Shown: piece after piece, positions 60,716 through 64,000 of the stretch
Layout of the letters: each line of letters begins with the position of its first letter
Position numbering within the stretch: position 1 is the first letter of the stretch
Source of the DNA: an uncultured candidate division Zixibacteria bacterium
GTDB taxonomy: Bacteria > Zixibacteria > MSB-5A5 > GN15 > FEB-12
Direction: 5' to 3'
NCBI GenBank assembly: GCA_963735035.1
Contig: CAVTJJ010000004.1
Coordinates: 160,001 to 224,000 of the forward strand
Length of the DNA: 64,000 nucleotides
The notes under the pieces: generated by a model
Told to the model about the DNA's origin: nothing
Seen by the model: the letters and a program-made list of their open reading frames with translations, nothing else
Databases searched by the model: none
Position numbers and translations under genes: made by a program

Positions 60716-63217
60716 GTGCACCTGGAAAGAACGCTAACTGTTACCCTGCTGTCATTTCTGTTCCCTTGTCTATTCGTAACAAATCTGTCCGCTCAAGCCC
60801 CGGCCGCACCCGCGCCGGACTTTCATCCGGTGCTCGACGTTCGCCCGGCCGCCGGAGCCATTACGATCGACGGTGATCTGTCCGATCCGGGGTGGGCCAA
60901 TGCCGCGCGGGCTACCGGATTTGTCGAAGTCAATCCCGGCGATAACCTGACTCCGTCGGTGCGCTCCGAGGCCATGATAACCTACACTGAGTCGCATCTG
61001 TACGTCGCCATGATCGCCTGGGACGATCCCAAACAAGTGCGCGCGTCGATATGTGATCGGGATGCAATATTTAGCGATGACTACTTCGGTATCTTGCTCG
61101 ATACTTACGGCGATTATGCCTGGGGATACGAACTCTTCATAAATCCGCGGGGGATTCAGGGCGACCTTCGCCTCACATCGGACGGCAATGAGGACATCTC
61201 ACTCGACCTGGTGTTCGAGTCACGCGGAATAGTTACCGACAGTGGCTACCAGGTGGAGCTGGCCATCCCGTTCGCGTCACTCCGGTTCCCCAACCGTCCG
61301 GATCAGACCTGGCGGATGAATTTCTGGCGTGACCGCCAACGCGACAACCGGTTCCGCTACTCCTGGTCGGCCCAGAGCCGTGACAATAATTGCTTCATCT
61401 GCCAGTGGGGCACCCTGAACGGGATAAAGAACGTCAAGCCGGGCAGCAATCTGGACATTCTTCCGAACATACTGGCCTATCAGTCCGGCTCGATGAACAA
61501 TAGTTCGTTGCCGGATTCTCGTTTCGAGAACCGTGACCCCGATGCCGATCTGTCGTTGAATGCCCGCTACGGTCTTTCAACTAATTCGTCGGTCGAGTTG
61601 GCCGTCAATCCGGACTTCTCCCAGGTCGAATCGGATGCCGGGCAGATCGACGTCAACGAGACTTTCGCCCTCTACTATCAGGAACGGCGGCCGTTCTTCC
61701 AGGAAGGGAGCGACCTGTACGGGTCCTATCTCAACGTCATTCACACTCGAACCATCAACGACCCGATCGTAGCCGGCAAGTTTACCGGACAGTTCGGACG
61801 TTTTTCAATCGCGTATCTCTTGGCCCGCGACGAACACACGCCGTTGATCATCCCATTGCGAGAGCGAAGCGAGGCGCTGGCGTTGGAGAAGTCCACGGTT
61901 AACATCCTGCGCGGCCGACAAACGCTTGGGCAGGATTCGTATATTGGTTTCGTTCTCACCGACCGGCGTACCGATGCCAACCACCGTGTGGATACATTGT
62001 ACTCCCCAATTGATGATACCCTGTATGAGAGAACGACCGATCGGGTCGATTATACTTCCGGCGCTGGATCAGTCTACGGTATCGATGGGCGCTTTCGGTT
62101 TAACCAGAATCTTTCATTCGATTTCATAGGATTGGGCAGCCATACCATGGAGCCTTCCGGCAGCGGCCTCTTGCCCCTCGACGATCCTTCAGAGACTTTT
62201 GACTACGGTACCCATACCCTGGCACTGGACGGCGAGAGCTTCAACGGCAGCGCCCTCTACGCGGCTCTCAATCGGGGCGGCCGGTATTGGGATTGTACCC
62301 TGTCGTATCAGGATGCCTCACCCGCGTTCCGGGCGGACAACGGCTGGATCACATCAAATGATCGTCGCGAACTGAACCTCTGGAACGCAGTGACTTTCCG
62401 GCCCAATCGGCCCTGGTTGGTGTCCTGGGGGCCACGACTTAACGTCGGCCGAGTCTTCAACTACCACGGGACCGTCAACGTTGATCCCGGGACATTTGAT
62501 TCGGATTCCCGCGATGAATGGTTCATGCCGGAGATCTACCTGGGCTCGAAAGGCCAGACCGAAATCGAGTTCGGGTACCTGGCCAGCCGCGAATGGTATC
62601 ATGGACAACTATTCACCGGGATCAGCCGCGGCTTTATGAACGTGAACACCACTCCCACCGGATGGCTGCAACTCGGATCTTCCTTCGAATACGGTAAGAA
62701 AGTAGCGCGGGGGTTGGTACTGCCGGATGGGAAAAGGGTCCTGGGAATCTTGAGCGACTTTTCACTCTGGGGCACTCTCCGACCGACCACCCGACTGCAA
62801 ATCGATCCGTCCTACTTCTTTCAGAAGATGAGCTTCCGGGACAATTTTCTGGAGAGCCATCCAGACGTGCCGAAAATCATCTACTCGGTTTCCATCTTTC
62901 GCACCCGCTTCAATTACCAGTTCAGCCGCGAATGGTTCTTACGACTCGTGCTCGAATACGGTGACAACAACGACTCACAGGTGCCCAATTACCTTCTGGT
63001 CGAACCGCTCCTGACCTATCGCATCAACCCATTCACCAAGTTCTACGTGGGCGCGAGCTGGGGGGGATCGCATTTCGCCGCCGACTACGAATTCAATCGC
63101 GAGACAACTCTCGGCGACGGTTCAATCGAGTTACATCCCAATCGTCTGGATACCCCTGTCTGGCGGCTGGAGCGGGCGCAAGTGTTCGCCAAGCTCCAGT
63201 ATCTGTTTAGATTGTAG
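60716..63217 (+). CDS. CBM9-like plus DUF5916 outer-membrane protein
   Basis: AAGGAG RBS and GTG; IDGDLSDPGW, INPRGIQGD, ELAIPFASLRF, NPDFSQVESD, ERRPFF, KLQYLFRL. Confidence 0.85.
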   Translation: MHLERTLTVTLLSFLFPCLFVTNLSAQAPAAPAPDFHPVLDVRPAAGAITIDGDLSDPGWANAARATGFVEVNPGDNLTPSVRSEAMITYTESHLYVAMIAWDDPKQVRASICDRDAIFSDDYFGILLDTYGDYAWGYELFINPRGIQGDLRLTSDGNEDISLDLVFESRGIVTDSGYQVELAIPFASLRFPNRPDQTWRMNFWRDRQRDNRFRYSWSAQSRDNNCFICQWGTLNGIKNVKPGSNLDILPNILAYQSGSMNNSSLPDSRFENRDPDADLSLNARYGLSTNSSVELAVNPDFSQVESDAGQIDVNETFALYYQERRPFFQEGSDLYGSYLNVIHTRTINDPIVAGKFTGQFGRFSIAYLLARDEHTPLIIPLRERSEALALEKSTVNILRGRQTLGQDSYIGFVLTDRRTDANHRVDTLYSPIDDTLYERTTDRVDYTSGAGSVYGIDGRFRFNQNLSFDFIGLGSHTMEPSGSGLLPLDDPSETFDYGTHTLALDGESFNGSALYAALNRGGRYWDCTLSYQDASPAFRADNGWITSNDRRELNLWNAVTFRPNRPWLVSWGPRLNVGRVFNYHGTVNVDPGTFDSDSRDEWFMPEIYLGSKGQTEIEFGYLASREWYHGQLFTGISRGFMNVNTTPTGWLQLGSSFEYGKKVARGLVLPDGKRVLGILSDFSLWGTLRPTTRLQIDPSYFFQKMSFRDNFLESHPDVPKIIYSVSIFRTRFNYQFSREWFLRLVLEYGDNNDSQVPNYLLVEPLLTYRINPFTKFYVGASWGGSHFAADYEFNRETTLGDGSIELHPNRLDTPVWRLERAQVFAKLQYLFRL

Positions 63218-63271
63218 CGGAAGAACGGCTATTCCGACAGAGTAACGCCGGAAAGTCAGGGATCGTGCGCC

Positions 63272-64000
63272 TTATTGTGTCGCGACGCCTTGACTCGGAG
63301 CGCCCGACGCGGAATTTGTCCGGTTACGGGGCTTTAGCACATTGCGAAGCGTGTAGGCCAGTTCCATGTTATGAAACGGCTTGGCGAAATATCCGTCGGC
63401 GCCCAGGTTGGCTAATTTTTCCGGCGTGTAATTTCCGGCGTAGCCAGTGATCAGGATAACGGGGGTAGTGGGAGAGACTTTCTTGACGTGTCCCAGCAGA
63501 TCAAGTCCCGTCTTGCCGGGCATGAGGACGTCGGTAACAACCACGTCAATCTTGTTGGCTTCGAACATCTTGACGGCCTCGTCCACGTTCGAGGCTAAGA
63601 CCGGCCGAAAGCGTTCGAGCGTGAGAAAGTCAGCGAGCAATTCCCTGATGGCCGGTTCATCATCCACCACCAGGATGTTGGTCCGGCTGTTGCGGGTGGC
63701 CTGATGAATCTTGGAACGAAGCGTTTCCGCCGTGGTCGGCAGAACGACTATATCTTCGATGCCGAGAGTCATGCACTCCGAAACGACCTCGCTGGTAATT
63801 TCGGCCCCGCCCATAATGATCGGCAGAGACCCCAGCCGGTGGTCGCCCCTGAGCTGACGGACGAGCGGCAAAGCGCTTCCGTCGGTGCCAACACCGTCAA
63901 GCATGACCAGGTCGATATCAGGATTGGACTCGATTATTTTGAAGGCTGCCCGACAGGAATCGCTCTGTTCTACGGTCCAGCTCATTTGCTGCAACCAGTA
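63272..64000 (-). CDS. Tandem-receiver response regulator, 5'-partial
   Basis: DLVMLD in the first domain; ILVVDDE, VVTDVLMP, AKPF in the second; frame runs off the window end. Confidence 0.88.
   Translation of the reverse strand, partial: YWLQQMSWTVEQSDSCRAAFKIIESNPDIDLVMLDGVGTDGSALPLVRQLRGDHRLGSLPIIMGGAEITSEVVSECMTLGIEDIVVLPTTAETLRSKIHQATRNSRTNILVVDDEPAIRELLADFLTLERFRPVLASNVDEAVKMFEANKIDVVVTDVLMPGKTGLDLLGHVKKVSPTTPVILITGYAGNYTPEKLANLGADGYFAKPFHNMELAYTLRNVLKPRNRTNSASGAPSQGVATQ

Overview
64-kb bacterial chromosome segment (GC about 55-60% by eye). The dockerin-like and NYPNPFNP-type C-terminal sorting domains suggest candidate phylum Zixibacteria or a related FCB-group lineage (inference). 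Contents: (i) large secreted proteins with cadherin/Ig, cohesin-like, dockerin-like and T9SS/FlgD-type C-terminal domains, including an 854-aa scaffoldin-like protein; (ii) a GH35-like gene plus ggt; (iii) a diguanylate cyclase-nagZ-anmK-spoIID-ompA-2H phosphoesterase cluster; (iv) two accessory stretches (about 24-37 kb and 47-56 kb) where small single genes are separated by mosaics of palindromic REP/REPIN-like repeats; (v) tRNA-Glu-mntP, pruA, a sigma54 two-component module and tRNA-Leu-tig-clpP-clpX. Four genes carry indels that look like long-read sequencing errors. Best leads: a non-cellulosomal cohesin-dockerin surface network, an orphan structured RNA with its own promoter, an end-less IS3 fragment inside a REP hairpin, and a GH35-like protein with Ser at the predicted nucleophile. 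All domain calls are by-eye motif recognition; no searches were run.
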